Assembly (NCBI RefSeq): GCF_009834535.1
Contig: NC_045696.1
Coordinates: 93,188,001-93,252,000 of the forward strand
Source: Camelus ferus
Lineage: Eukaryota
Direction of reading: 5' to 3'
Length of the DNA: 64,000 nucleotides
The position numbers and the translations under genes were made by a program. Below are positions 13,106-25,879 of this stretch, one piece after another. The notes under the pieces were generated by a model. It was not told the origin of the DNA, ran no database searches, and saw only the letters and a list, made by a program, of their open reading frames with translations. How positions within the stretch are numbered: position 1 is the first letter of the stretch; each line of letters starts with the position of its first letter.

Positions 13106-16100
13106 ATTTCCTATGGTGTCCTAAAGATTTTGTAAATAAATAAATAAACGATAATTTTTACGTCTACCCTAACACTTGTCTTATCTTGCTAACTTTCTAC
13201 ATGTAAGATGTCTCACACTATATAAATTTCATGTGTCAAACATCAAATTCATCATTTTCCTTTCTAAGCCATCACTTTGATTTTATAATTTCTGCTAATG
13301 GCATGTGAAGACTCTCAGACACCCAAAGTGAACATTTTCTGTTTATCTTCGATGTCTCCTTTGTTTTACAAAATTTTATACAATCTATTTAGGAAAAGAT
13401 CAGGCCACGTACCTTCGTTCTGGTAGCATCTCATGTTTATCTCCTCCTATCAGTCTTCCTGCCCCTTCCTAGTTCACACTCTCAGGCCTTAAGAATTACT
13501 TAATTTCCTAATCCATCTTCACACTTCCAGTCTCACCCAACTATAATTTATCCTGAATTTAATCTGTCCTGAATTTAATCTATCCTGTAGCCAGATTAAA
13601 GTTCCACTGTGGTCATTATCACTCCCCTGCAAAAACACCTTGGATGGCTTATCACTGCTCTGTAACTAAATACAGCATCTTCTTCCTGGCCATTGTCTCC
13701 ATGGTCTCCCACATTTCCACACACATGCCCTCCCTTTACCTCATATCACCCATAGTTTTGTAATTTTATCTTTCATGTTCTAAAATTCTAGTATCCACTG
13801 AAACATCATTATGTAATTGAAAAAATAATTAATATTAACACTTGTTACTTGCAAAGCCCTGGGGCATTGCTACATGGAGAGTACAGCAGAAAGTCCTTGA
13901 CCTTAAGAAATTTTAGACCTAATTAATACAGAGTAGCAAATCTTGCTTTTTTGTCATTCAGGTGGAGGAGGGGTGGTGAGTATGCTAGAGCCTAGCAAAG
14001 GTTCCAGGGATAAATATTAGATATTTAGAGAGGACATTTTAAAATATGCTGGACAATTTAAGTGCACTCTAGATCTTAAAAAAAAAAGAAACTGGAAAGT
14101 TGTCATAACATTCAAAATGACAAAATAAAAATATATAAATATTTTTGTCCTTGGAGAATTTGATGAACATTATACCTCACATGTAGCTGCCTGAGCCATC
14201 AACGGTGCCAAGAAATTATTTTTAGCTTGAAGTATAAAAATTATGTGCAGTACTGTATTAACTTAAAGTGAACACAATCTCCCACACCATGTACTTTGAT
14301 TAAAATCCACCCATTATATAAAATGCTCTTATGAAACGTGCTATCAAGACTACACAGTAACTGTAAAGATCCTGCTGCTTTTATTATACCTGGATATGCC
14401 ATTCTCAGGCAAGTGATAAGATTTTTATGGCTTACATTAAATACTAGTCTTCAAGTTCAACTTTGCAAATTATGATTTCTCCTTTGACTCTGTCAGCTAA
14501 ATCTCTATGGTGAGGATTTTCCCCATTAGCCTTATCGCTGTTACTAGTAGACACCAAACTCTTCATAACCAACTGCTTAGCTGTGCATTTTTTATGTTCA
14601 TGATTGTCAACAATTAAATTGGTTCATGAAACAAAAGACTGTGTCTCTCCCCACACTGCCCCCCTCATTTCCTTGTTTTTTTTTAAGGCTGCAAGCAATT
14701 CCACTTTAGAATCTTTGATGTCAAACCCAAGTTGCAATCAAGTAAAATCAAATTCTGGTGGGAGAAATTAAGCATTATTTTTTTATTAAATGGAAGAGCA
14801 ATACGTTTGGAAATATTTACTCTTAATTCCCAAGTCTGAAAATAAGACTCCTAAGAATAGGACAATTTTAGAAAATTTAATTATGTCAAGTTAGTTATAG
14901 ATAACCTAGGCTGAAAACACTGAATAATCCAAAAATATTCGAAGATTGAAAAATAATTTTTGATTGTTAATGAAAGAGGAGAATGTACCAGCAGTAAGAC
15001 TTCCCATTATGACTTGATTATTTCCTTGTTCAAGACATGAGGGTTTAATGAAATTATTGAATAGTGCCTGGAACTTACAGATAAACATTTGACAAAACAT
15101 TCAAGGGCAGCTTTCCTAATGGCATGAAGGTCTCTAAAGGTCCATTACACAAAGAATAGAAACCGGTAAGTTACACACTTTCAGTATGCCTTCCTGTCTT
15201 GGAAGATAACTTCTTTTTATTGACGTGAAGTAGGAGAGTGCATAAAAATTTGAATGTAGCTTATTTGTGTGAGTTATCACAAAAAGTGGTGGGAAATGAA
15301 TTAAAAAGTAGAAATTTTTAATATAAATAATTCCTTATATGATAATAAAACAAGTTCCTTTTTTTTTTTCACCATAACATAAAAAGACAAAGCCCATGAG
15401 AAATTTTATGTGATCTAATTTAAGGGTATTTGTGTAAAGGTGGGAGGGTCATTTACGAGACACATGATGTTCTATACCAATACTAATTCTGTAATGCACA
15501 TGGTACTAAATTGGTTAAGATAGCATTGCAAAAGTTATATATCTAGGTATGGATAGACACACACACACTTTTATCAAGAAGAAGGATGGAGATCTGGATC
15601 TTCAATTACTTTTCGTTAAGACAATCCCCACTTTGGAGATTTAAATGAACTGTCAAGGAAAAAATGTACACATGTCAAAGATTTCTCCTCTTTTATGACA
15701 CTTTCCCTTTCTATGAACTGCTGTTATTAGCAGAGAAGCATATGAAAAGAGGTAACAATTTTTCGGATTTCATATTTCCATCAGATGAATTTAACTTGAG
15801 CATCTTTAAAAGGTCTTTCTTATTTATTAAGAATGCTTACCACAGCCAATTCTTGATTATTCAGAAGATAATTGTCTACTTTGTGAAATGTTGGGCAACT
15901 TTTACCTTCTTTTTCCTTTTGCCTTATGCTTGTTTGGTCTGAGGGTATTAAATTCAAAGTAAGAACATTCCCAGGTTTTCTCTGATTAGGGAATCTCTGA
16001 GGTAGACCAATTATGAGCCAGTTCCAAAGATATGGGGTAATTCAAAGCCAAACAAGGACTATCTTGACCTAAACTGTGTGGACCTGCCCTGGAGAAGGGC

Positions 16101-16648
16101 TAGAGGGATAAACATGTCAGAGTGGTCCTACCGAAAATCTCTCTGGCTCTTCTTATGGTGATGAATCAGCACAAAGTTCTGACAGAATCCTGAGCTGAAT
16201 TAAAATAAAGTGATATCCCTTAGTTTGTCCTAATGCAGAATCCAGGCTGCCTCACTTCACTGTGGGATTCCATTAAAAGTTAGTTAACCTGTTTAAGTCC
16301 AAGTCTAGAACAAACTAAATCTTACACTCACAGAACTACTGAATATCAAAAGAGATCTTCAAAGTAAAGACTCTCCAGAGATAAAGGTACTTCTAAGAAA
16401 AGGTCTGAGTGGTTTCTAGGAATACCTTACAAAGGATAGACTGCATGGGTTCTGAGTTGATCATTAAATAGGCTCTGATCTGGGTTTAGGTAATCATTTC
16501 ACTAGCTGGGAGACTTTGAGCTAACTGATTTTAACCCAGTGCACATGTTTTACTTATTACCTATGTTATAGGCATAAAGACAAACTTTTTCTGATCATAA
16601 TTCATTTTCATTGCATGTACCAAAATAAATTCCAGATGGATTAAAGAT

Positions 16649-16689
16649 CTTTTAAATTGAAGTGTAGTTGATTTACAATGTTGTATTAG
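16649..16689 (-). mobile_element. 41-bp L1 3' tip inserted in an older L1 fragment
   Basis: ttttaaattgaagtgtagttgatttacaatgttgtattag flanked by taaagat at 16642-16648 and 16690-16696. Confidence 0.6.
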
Positions 16690-17844
16690 TAAAGATTTGC
16701 TCCAAAAATAAAAATCTATGAAAAATACTAGAAGAAAATGTGGATGACTTCTTAATTTGAACACTTCCTAGCTTTAAAAATAATAATCAAACTTTAAAAT
16801 AAGGGTTACAATTTCTTTTTAGTTTATTTTTTAACTTAATGGTGAAAATCGTATAGGATTTTTCATAATTTCTAATGTAATTAATAACAGAATTCAAGAA
16901 AAATGAGGCTTCAGGCAGACTCTGAGATATAAAAAGAGTAGTAGAATAATACTGAAATTATCTTCCTTCTTGATTCTTGACCACACTTAGAAATGACATA
17001 CTAAACTGAGTACACCTGGAGAAGCTGGTTGTACTGTTTGTTTAGAATACTTCTGGTAGTATTTTATCAGTTGAGTGCCTTTCTACATACGAAAAACCCT
17101 TTGGAAAAAATGCATCTATTTATGAGATACTTAAGAGAGAATTTAAAGATGTCAAGGTATACCCAGGAATAGAAAAATATACATCTTTGTTATATTAAGT
17201 CTTTTCATTATTCATTATATTATTCACTTATGTATTAATTTTTAGGCATATTTTTGTGATATTACTATTAGTGAACATATAAAATTTTTTGATTAAAATT
17301 TTTTTTGTTAAGTAAATACAATTTCATATGGTTCAAACTAGCATAATTGACTTTCAACTTTCTGAGCCCCTTGGAGCCTTCCAGGAAAAAAGATGATACA
17401 GAACAGACTATCTCTAACAGAGCCAGCACACAGAATTGACAGGAAAATTGGATCTCTGAAAATTTGGTTCTTGGAAACTTAAACCACTTAAGATGATGCT
17501 TAGAGAGTCCTTAAGTTAATATAACTTTATGCAGATATAAGGAACTTTTAAAAAGTATTCAGAAATAAAAGAAAAGTACTTGGAAATAAGATAAACCATT
17601 CATCTATAAATAGAATATTGTAAAAGAAACAAAACTACTTAATGTGATTTATACTAATATAAATTTTGCTTTTATAGTGAAAAGAGGTACATGGATGCAT
17701 TTACTTTCAAGGAGGATATTCAATAAATCAGTAACTCAGCCTTAGCTGTGCTTTTATGGGGAGTATTACAAATTGGTCATGCAACACACTACAGCTTGGG
17801 AACAATAGAGAAATATTAAAGAATTATTTAGGAATAGACCTTAC

Positions 17845-17903
17845 CTATCTGATTTCTGCCTGAAGAATAAAATGCATTGACTACAGCTGCTCCGCTTATC
17901 CAC
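17845..17903 (-). CDS. MME: MME exon 17: (E)WISGAAVVNAFYSSGRNQI(V)
   Basis: tatag|GTG ... TAG|gtaagg; 59 nt; VNAFY substrate-binding motif. Confidence 0.97.
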
Positions 17904-18318
17904 CTATAGAAAACATAAGAACTTGTTACAAATTATACTGCATTGTCTGATTCAATCTACTTACCGCAATAAAAGTGTTATCATTACTCCTAGATGAATC
18001 TTAACTTTCTATTTGAAATATGATCAACAAGTTAAAATCAGCTCACTAGGTGAGAGAGTTCAATTGAAAGTATTTCTACTTCTTGAAAAATCAGACTATA
18101 TCCAAGTCTGCATTCTGTTATTTAATTTGCATAGATTTTTATGGAGGCATCTGACAGTACAAAATCCATTCTAATGTATCTCTTTGGAAATTGCAGTGGA
18201 TTAAGATTCTATTGAAATGTGTTTAGTTCTGTGTTCTTTATACTAGGTAACAATGCCAACAATTCTGGAGCAGTTGACAGAATACTGAAATAAAGGTTGT
18301 TAAAATTTCTGGTTCAAG

Positions 18319-18418
18319 TATATATATGTGTGTATATATATATAATATATGTATGTATATATGTATATACATATATAATATATGTGTATATATGTATGTA
18401 TATATTATATATATATAT
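18319..18418. repeat. Compound (TA)n/(TG)n microsatellite
   Basis: Directly visible. Confidence 0.9.
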
Positions 18419-20153
18419 TTTTTTAAATTCCTACTTTACAAAGAGCCTTTTGGGGACCCAGAGATAGTTAGCTTTGAGTAATGTGCCTCCTTTGACTACT
18501 GTCATTTATAAGTATTATTTTTTAACTATGACATTCCAACTCAGTGAGCAAAGGCGTATTTTTGTATACTAACTGTAAAATGAAATCCAAATAGATCTTA
18601 AGCAGATTTGTCTGTCTGTGCATGGCATGAATTAGGCTCTATATTGAGTCTAGAGATTTTATAAAATACAGTTCCTGACTTCAGAAGACTCTAGTTGAGA
18701 TGAGAACTAGGTATAAATAATTGTAATACAAGACTGACTGAGAAAAAAAAAAAAACACACACACACACAGCTCTCCAGATAATAATTCAAGGGCAATGCT
18801 AAGCTAAAGGATGGTGCCAGTGTTCCCATGTGTTGTCTGCTCAGATGTTATGAAGACTGCATATTAATAATCACTGTTAAGCACTTTTGTGCAACAGGGG
18901 TCATATTACCATCTTAATAGACTCTTACATGTATCCTTACACTCACTGAAAAATAGACACTGCTTAGCTTCAGCTATCTCCTTAAATTTGTCAGCACACA
19001 TGCATACACTTAAGACAATCATATATTATTTTCTAATGGCTGCGTTGTAGTTATTCCACTTTTAGGGCAACAATTACAGTGGCAATTATTATCCTACTCA
19101 CGGAAGGAGTTTACAGTGGTTGGTACAATGAGGTTAAATCAGAACTGTTTCCAGACCCTGCTTTGCAAGGTAAGCAGTACAAAGTCAGCTGCCCAAATCA
19201 GCATTTCAGCTACAGTCTCAGTAACTATTGTGGGATGTCAGATGTGAGTCCTATTTTGATCTCTTAAAAATAACTCAGGGAGGGCCACATATAACAGCTG
19301 TCTGATAAATTCTAATTAAGTATGAGTTTTATCTTCACTAACAAGATAAGACACTCATATAAAGGATTTGGGACTTAAAACAAAACCCAGATAGAATTTC
19401 TGTGATTTTTTCCTTTAGGAAAAAAATAAGTTTGAAGATGGAGGGTGTAGGTTGCGGAATGGTTGGTTGATCGATGTGTTTCTTCTTTGGGTTGATTTCA
19501 TTGCTGTTTTAAATAGAGAGAAACATTTTCAGACAGGGTGTTCTGACTAATTTCATGGTTCTCCCTAATTTCATCACAGCTGAGCCATCAATATTCTAAT
19601 TTCTTGCAGGTTGATGATTACAAGCATGCAATTTTATTTATTTTAATTAAACTCCACTTGCTTCCCATATGCTTTGTGGTGACTCACAACAAAAACGTGT
19701 ATTTGTAAACCCAGAGGTGTTAGACTAAAATCTAGAGATCGGAAACTACATAGGGCAAATAGATTTTGTTTGTGTGACCCAAAAGTATTATGTAGGAAAA
19801 TCTTTACATAAATTAAACTCATGATCAAGAAAAATGATGTATTAGGACTATATTTATATGTATTCACACAGTTATGATGACTCAAATATGGTTCAAGGTG
19901 GTCTGGCTGGAGGGGCAAAATAGAAAATGTGCTCATACTACTTCTGAGAATCCCTGTTCTTTGCAGTAACTTTAGAAAGGCATTTCTGATGTGTCCTCTA
20001 CACTCTGATAGTGCAGGAGAGCAAAACTTGCCACCCCAAAATGTCTCTTTGGCATGAAGATTATATTATTTTGAGCTAAAAACAATTAAGGCCCAAAAGG
20101 CTCAGGAAGAAACTTTGACTTCCCCTCAACTGCTTAAAAAAATGTTTGTTCCT

Positions 20154-23100
20154 GGGGAAGAGAGAAGCAAGATGGCAGAGTAGAAGGATGCTTGTAGCTC
20201 ACCCTCTCCCACAAATACACCAAAACTCACATCTACGGACCTACTCAGCCAACCAGAGCACCTGCCAAACTCCAACAGAACATTGCCTTCTTCGAAAGAC
20301 AAAAACGCCAAAAATCTGGTAGGAGAAAAGGAAAAAACAAAGAAGATAAAGCAAAACAGTGTGGACTGGTCCCGTGGGGAGGGAGCGGCAAAGGAGGACT
20401 GGCGCTCGTTCGCTGGGTCCCCCACCTCCAACAGAGAGGCCAGCGGAACAGAAGGGGAACCTCCGAGGCTCAGATCTGCACTGAGCACCCCTTGGCTGAT
20501 AGAACTGAGTTAAACAGGCACAAAGGGTCCCCTCGACACCCAGCCTGAGATGCGAGCCAGCAGCTGGAGCCGGGACAGGCCGCCTGAGCCAGGCGGAGGA
20601 CTGGGGCGGCTGCACTGAGTCAGCCCCGGGGGGACTGCAGGGGGCTGTGTGCTGTGGCTGGGAGGGGATATGGAGCAGAACAACCTCCGTTCCCCATAAA
20701 TTGCGAAAAGAGCAAAGCAACACGGGCTGGTATGCCCTGGGGGGAGGGATGCTGTAGCCTTTGTCTCCTCAGACCTGCACCGCCATTACTGGCACTTCTC
20801 TCAAGAAGAGAGGCAGAGCTCAGGCACAGCCCCCATCTCCTCCTGTGCGCAGTGCCTGGGCAGGGGCAGGACCAAGCCCTGAATCTGCCCCGGGGGGCTC
20901 CACAACCTCCTAGGCAGGACTGAGACTTGTTTACAGCCCAAGGCAGATAGGATCTTTCTGCTTTGGCACCTCAGAGAACTTGTGCCACCAAGACAAACAA
21001 GGAGCTGAGATTTGGCACGGAGCAGGGGCGGGGATATTCTGCGGTATTCCCTGAGCCTGCCTTCGGAGTGCCGACCCGAGTCGGAGTGGACAGCTGCATA
21101 GAGCAGTGGAGTAACCGGCACTGGGAGAGGGTGGGCGGCCACCCCTCTTCCTGGCAGGAATGCAGCACCTGACCACGGTGCTGGGAGGGGGTGCGATCCA
21201 CCCACCTGCCTCCCCCTGAAGCACAGCATCTGACTGTGGCATCGGGAAGAGGAGTGACCCACTCACCCACTGGGTAAGAGCTCAGCTCCTGACCCAGTGT
21301 TAGGAGGGGGCACGATCTGCTAGCCGACAGCCACTGGGAGCAGCACAGATGAGGGCGCCAACAGAGGGCCTCTGGAAACAGCAAGCTGAGATCGTGGAAC
21401 AGGGAGAAGACACAACGACCTCTCGATAAAATCATTAAGAGCACACTGTCTCCAGGAGAACTAGATAACTGATACTCCTTAAGCCACAGTGCCAGAGAGA
21501 TACGAGCAATATGAAGAAGCAGAGGAACCACTCCCAATTAAAAGATCAAGAGAAATCCCCTGAAAGCACGATCAAGGAAATAGACATTGATGGCCTACTA
21601 GATCAAGATTTCAAAAAAGGAGTGATCAAAGTACTGAAGGAACTAAAAGAAATAGTGTTTAAAGATATAAAATATATCAAAAATGAAATAGAAGCTTTAA
21701 AGAACCAAGTAGAATTAGTAAACTCATTTGCTGAGATGAGAGCTGACCTAAAGGCTGTACAAAGCAGGCTAGATAATGCAGAGGAACGAATAAGTGACCT
21801 AGAAGACAGGACAACAGAAAGCACCCAATCAGAACAGCAGAGAGAAAAACAAATAAAAAACAATGAAACAATATAAGGGACCTATGGGATAATATAAAGC
21901 GTGCCAATCTATGCACAATAGGGGTTCCAGAAGGGGAAGAAAGAACAAAGGGGATTGAAAAGGTATTGAAGAAATCATGAGTGAAAACTTACCAAACCTA
22001 AAGAAAGAATCAGATATCCAAGTACAGGAGGCTCAGAGGGTCCCAAACAGGAAGACCCCAAACAGACTCACACCAAGACATATCATAATCAAGATGGCCA
22101 GAGTCAAGGATAAAGAAATGATCCTAAAGGCAACAAGATTTCTCTACACAAACACTACAGGCCAGAAGGGAGTGGCAAGATATATTCAAAGTCCTGAATG
22201 AAAAAAAGATGTAGCCTAGGATACTCTATCCAGCAAGGCTATCCTTTAGAATAGAAAGAGAGAGAAAGAACTTCACAGACAAGCAAAAACTAAAAGAGTT
22301 TAGAAACACTAAACTCATGCTAAAAGAAATATTCATAGGTCTACTCTAAATAGAAAAGAAGCAGAATGCTACAAAAATGAGAAACTTATAACTGGAAAGG
22401 AGATAACTGCCATGAATTACAAAAAGAATAAACACAAAATTGTAAAAGAAGACATCTAAATCATTAAGAAGCAAGGAAAGCCACTGTGGAAAACAGTATG
22501 GAGATTCCTCAAAAGACTAGGAATAGACTTACCATATGACTCAGGAATCCCGCTCCTGGGCATATATCCAGAAGGAACCCTACTTCAAAATGACACCTGC
22601 ACCCCAATGTTCATAGCAGCACTATTTACAATAGCCAAGACATGGAAGCAGCCTAGATGTCCATCAACAGAAGACTGAATAAAGAAGATGTGATATATTT
22701 ATATGATAGAATACAATTCAGCCACAAAACCCGACAACATAATGCCATTTGCAGCAACATGGATGTTCCTGGAGAATGTCATTCTAAGTCAAGTAAGCCA
22801 GAAAGAGAAAGACAAATACCGTATGAGATCGCTCATATGAGGAATCTAAAACAAAACAAAACAAAACATAAATACAAAACAGAAACAGACTCATAGACAT
22901 AGAATACAAACTTGTGGTTGCTAAGGGGGTGGGGGGTGGGAAGGGACAGACTGGGATTTTAAAATGCAGAATAGATAAACAAGATTATACTGTATAGCAC
23001 AGGGAAATATATACAAGATCTTGTGGTAGCTCATAGTGAAAAAAAATTTGACAATGAATATATACATGTTCGTGTATGACTGAAAAATTGTGCTCTACAC

Positions 23101-23156
23101 TAGAATTTGACACAACATTGTAAAATAACTATTACTCGATAAAAAAAAAAGTAAAA
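20154..23156 (+). mobile_element. L1 (LINE-1) derivative: full 5'UTR, disrupted ORF1, only the C-terminal remnant of ORF2, 3'UTR and poly(A)
   Basis: 5' start GGGGAAG...CAAGATGGC; ORF1-like peptides; PLWKTVWRFLKRLGIDLPYDSGIPLLGIYP at 22481; A-tail; TSD AAAAAAATGTTTGTTCCT(GG) at 20136-20155 and 23157-23176 at a TT/AAAA endonuclease site. Confidence 0.93.
21511..22349 (+). pseudogene. L1 ORF1p, disrupted
   Basis: Coiled-coil-like MKKQRNHSQLKDQEKSPE...RLDNAEERISDLEDR, then ENLPNLKKE...IQVQEAQRVP...TPRHIIIKM and C-terminal LKEIFIGLL*. Frameshifts near 21868 and 21968, an apparent internal deletion near 22137 and an in-frame TAG near 22212. Confidence 0.88.
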
Positions 23157-24760
23157 AAAAAAATGTTTGTTCCTGGAATACAGCTATCACCAGAGGTATC
23201 TTCAAAGATCATGGGCCAGGTTCAATGGAGGAAATTCAATAGAGCCTAGAGGTCAGAGTCCACTGTGTCCACTGTCTCTGCACAGCACAGCAAGCAATTG
23301 CTTACCAAACATTTGCTTTTCCATCTTCATGTGAATTGCCTTCCATCCCTTTGTGGTCCCAAACCACTATCCGCAACATCCTCTTTTGCCTTTAGCTGAA
23401 GATGGTATTTAAGGTGCAGGTTTCTGCTATTTTGGTGAGTTACTGTTTTCTTGGATCTCTCCCATGTGTACATATTATTAAACTTTGATTTTTCTTCTGT
23501 TAATCTGTCTCATGTCAATTTAATTCTTAGACCAGCCAGAAGAAACTAGCAGGGTAGAGGAAAATTTCTTCCTTCCTGACAATAGCAAATGTAGCAGTAC
23601 ATTTTATGCATAAGCAGCTTGTAATGATTAAAATTTCAATTTCAATTGATATAATAATGAATGTAACATATTTTTAGGTCTCAGTTGTTCAATTATGATC
23701 TTCTTATTTAGTGATAGGATACTCTGCACGGGTTTTAATGGGTAATCCCAAATAATATGCAAATTGTTGGTTCTGGACTCAGGCACAATGCTAATGATGA
23801 AATACAAAAGGTGCCAATTCAAAATGTCTTTTTTAAAAATAAGTATATAATACAGAGGAAAGAAACTAGATATATGAATCTAATGGTTCTGAGAGCAACA
23901 GATCTCAAAAGTGGGACATATGAATGAAGTTTATGTTATCCATGTTTATTGCTTTTGTAAAAATAAATGTTACACCTTTTGTTTCAGTGATTTTTCTACT
24001 CTTCTGTTATATTACTTTGAGGGGCTTAAGATTGTATTTTGATTAATGTTTGTAACTTTCCAGCAGGGAGGGTTTTACATATTAAAATGTCCACTGTGAA
24101 TTACACCTTCAAGAAAATAGGTAGCTATTTATGACCACAGAACACTCAAATAAAATTAGAATTACGGTGGTTAGGTTTACAGAGCACTACTGTGTAGTGT
24201 TTGCTTTTTCTTCCTTGAGCTCTTTCACTGTGCATCCTCAGACCCACCCTGGGTAATTACCCAGATTCAAAAGCACAGGGCACTTTGTCCCTGAGAATGA
24301 TCAGAACTTGAGGTACTGTGATTGGATCATTACATCTTCAAGTGATGATAACAGCTACAGACTCAAGGTCTAATATTTGTGGTCAATCATGAAATATCTC
24401 ACTACATTACTATTAAAGCTAAATTAACAGGGCAAAGAAAATATTTTTCAAATTAAATGGTGATGTAACAAAACTGTAAGTTCTTTTGACTTGAATGCAG
24501 CCTCAAAGTTTCGAGAGAAGCTTTCATTTAGAGAACATATACAAATCTGACCCTGAAGAGCAAGCAGCATAGAAAAGAGAAAATGCGCAACTAAAGAGAA
24601 AGACGAAGTGTCCACTAACATAATGGATAGTGCAGGTTATCTGAAGATTCCATTAAAGTATGGAGGCCAGACACTAGCATCTCCCAGCACAGGTACTGGA
24701 CCTGAGAGATGAAGTAAATACCACCTTGTTCTTTGAATTCTCTTCCTGCCTCCAGCGGTC

Positions 24761-24878
24761 TGTGTGTGTAACACGATGGGCGTGTGCGTAACACGATGGG
24801 TGTGTGTGTAACACTACGGGTGTGTGTGTAGCACTGTGGGTGTGTGTGTAACATGATGGGTGTGTGTAGCATAAAGTG
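24761..24878. repeat. 20-bp minisatellite, 5 full units plus 1 partial (consensus TGTGTGTGTAACACGATGGG)
   Basis: Units start at 24761, 24781, 24801, 24821, 24841 and 24861 with no spacers. Confidence 0.95.
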
Positions 24879-25879
24879 GAGAGTGGGAAAGCAAGAAGTA
24901 AGCAAACTTTATTTTAAATTTCTGAGACATAACTTTGTCAGGTAATCTTATTCTTGTTTGGTTGGGGCACTCACCACCAGAACAAAGGGCCACTAAAAGC
25001 AGCAAAGGGCCTCAAAGCTGAACTAACAATGTGGCTGGGAAATATAACTGAAATACCCTTGAGAGGGGGACCAGGTGTGTTTCTCTTCCCTCTCTTATTA
25101 CCCTGAAGAACCTAAGTGCTAATGGGATGAAAGCACACAGACATCATTTTTTAATAGCAGGGGAGAAAAGTAGGAAGTCTATAGCCTAATTCTATACAGC
25201 CTTTTGGATATAATAAACCCACTGGATTGCAAAAGCACCTGGAATAAAACTTCTCTTTCACCCATTCATGTGTAACTTTAAAACTTAAAACAACAAAATT
25301 GTTAATGCTCTTTTCCCTGAAAGTGTTCAATTTCTCAGCATCTAGCGGTCTGGAAGCGACTGCTTTGAAATTTGCAGTATAATACAATGGTTTTCCCTGT
25401 CTTCCTCAAGTATTTCTGGAAAGAATTTTCACTTTATAATTGCAATTACTACTGTAATGCTTTAGATTTATCAATATTCTCTCATCGACTTCAAAATTTT
25501 CTGTATATTTTCATTCATCTTTCAAGCCATCCATATAAGATAAATGACACCTCCAATTTTCAGGTATAGAAACTAAGGCACAGCAGGGATCAAACGCTCT
25601 CCTAATGCACTTACAGACTAACCAGTACAACTGGGGAAAGAATATGTAAACCAGGGAGGGAGAAGACTCTCTCATCCTCCAAGAAATCCCCTACTTCTAA
25701 CATGTTAATATGCATCATACATAAAATTTCACTACAAAGATGAATGCCATTGCCTTGACAACTTCTTCAAAAATGAAAGTGTTCATTTTTAAATTGTTTC
25801 ACATTCAGGGTTTCCCCTTACCCCAACCAGCTCTAGGCCTCTACACCACCCTGAAGTCTCATCAAGACCAAATCATAAC

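Larger units (their letters stand above)
20012..23581 (+). mobile_element. ERV1-type solo LTR (MER34/MER39-like), split by an L1 into ~20012-20153 and ~23157-23581
   Basis: Starts TGCAGGAGAGCAAAACTTGCCACCCCAAAATG and ends ...CCTTCCTGACA; 4-bp TSD ATAG at 20008-20011 and 23582-23585. Family name from memory. Confidence 0.8.

Noticed and set aside
20126..21537. Long overlapping ORFs (188, 160, 153 and 120 aa) on the minus strand, ORF0-like
   Set aside because: They lie in the GC-rich L1 5'UTR where stops are scarce, several use non-ATG starts, and I recognise no domain.
24761..24878. CRISPR-like periodic repeat
   Set aside because: Units are contiguous with no unique spacers, there are no cas genes, and this is a mammalian intron; it is a minisatellite.
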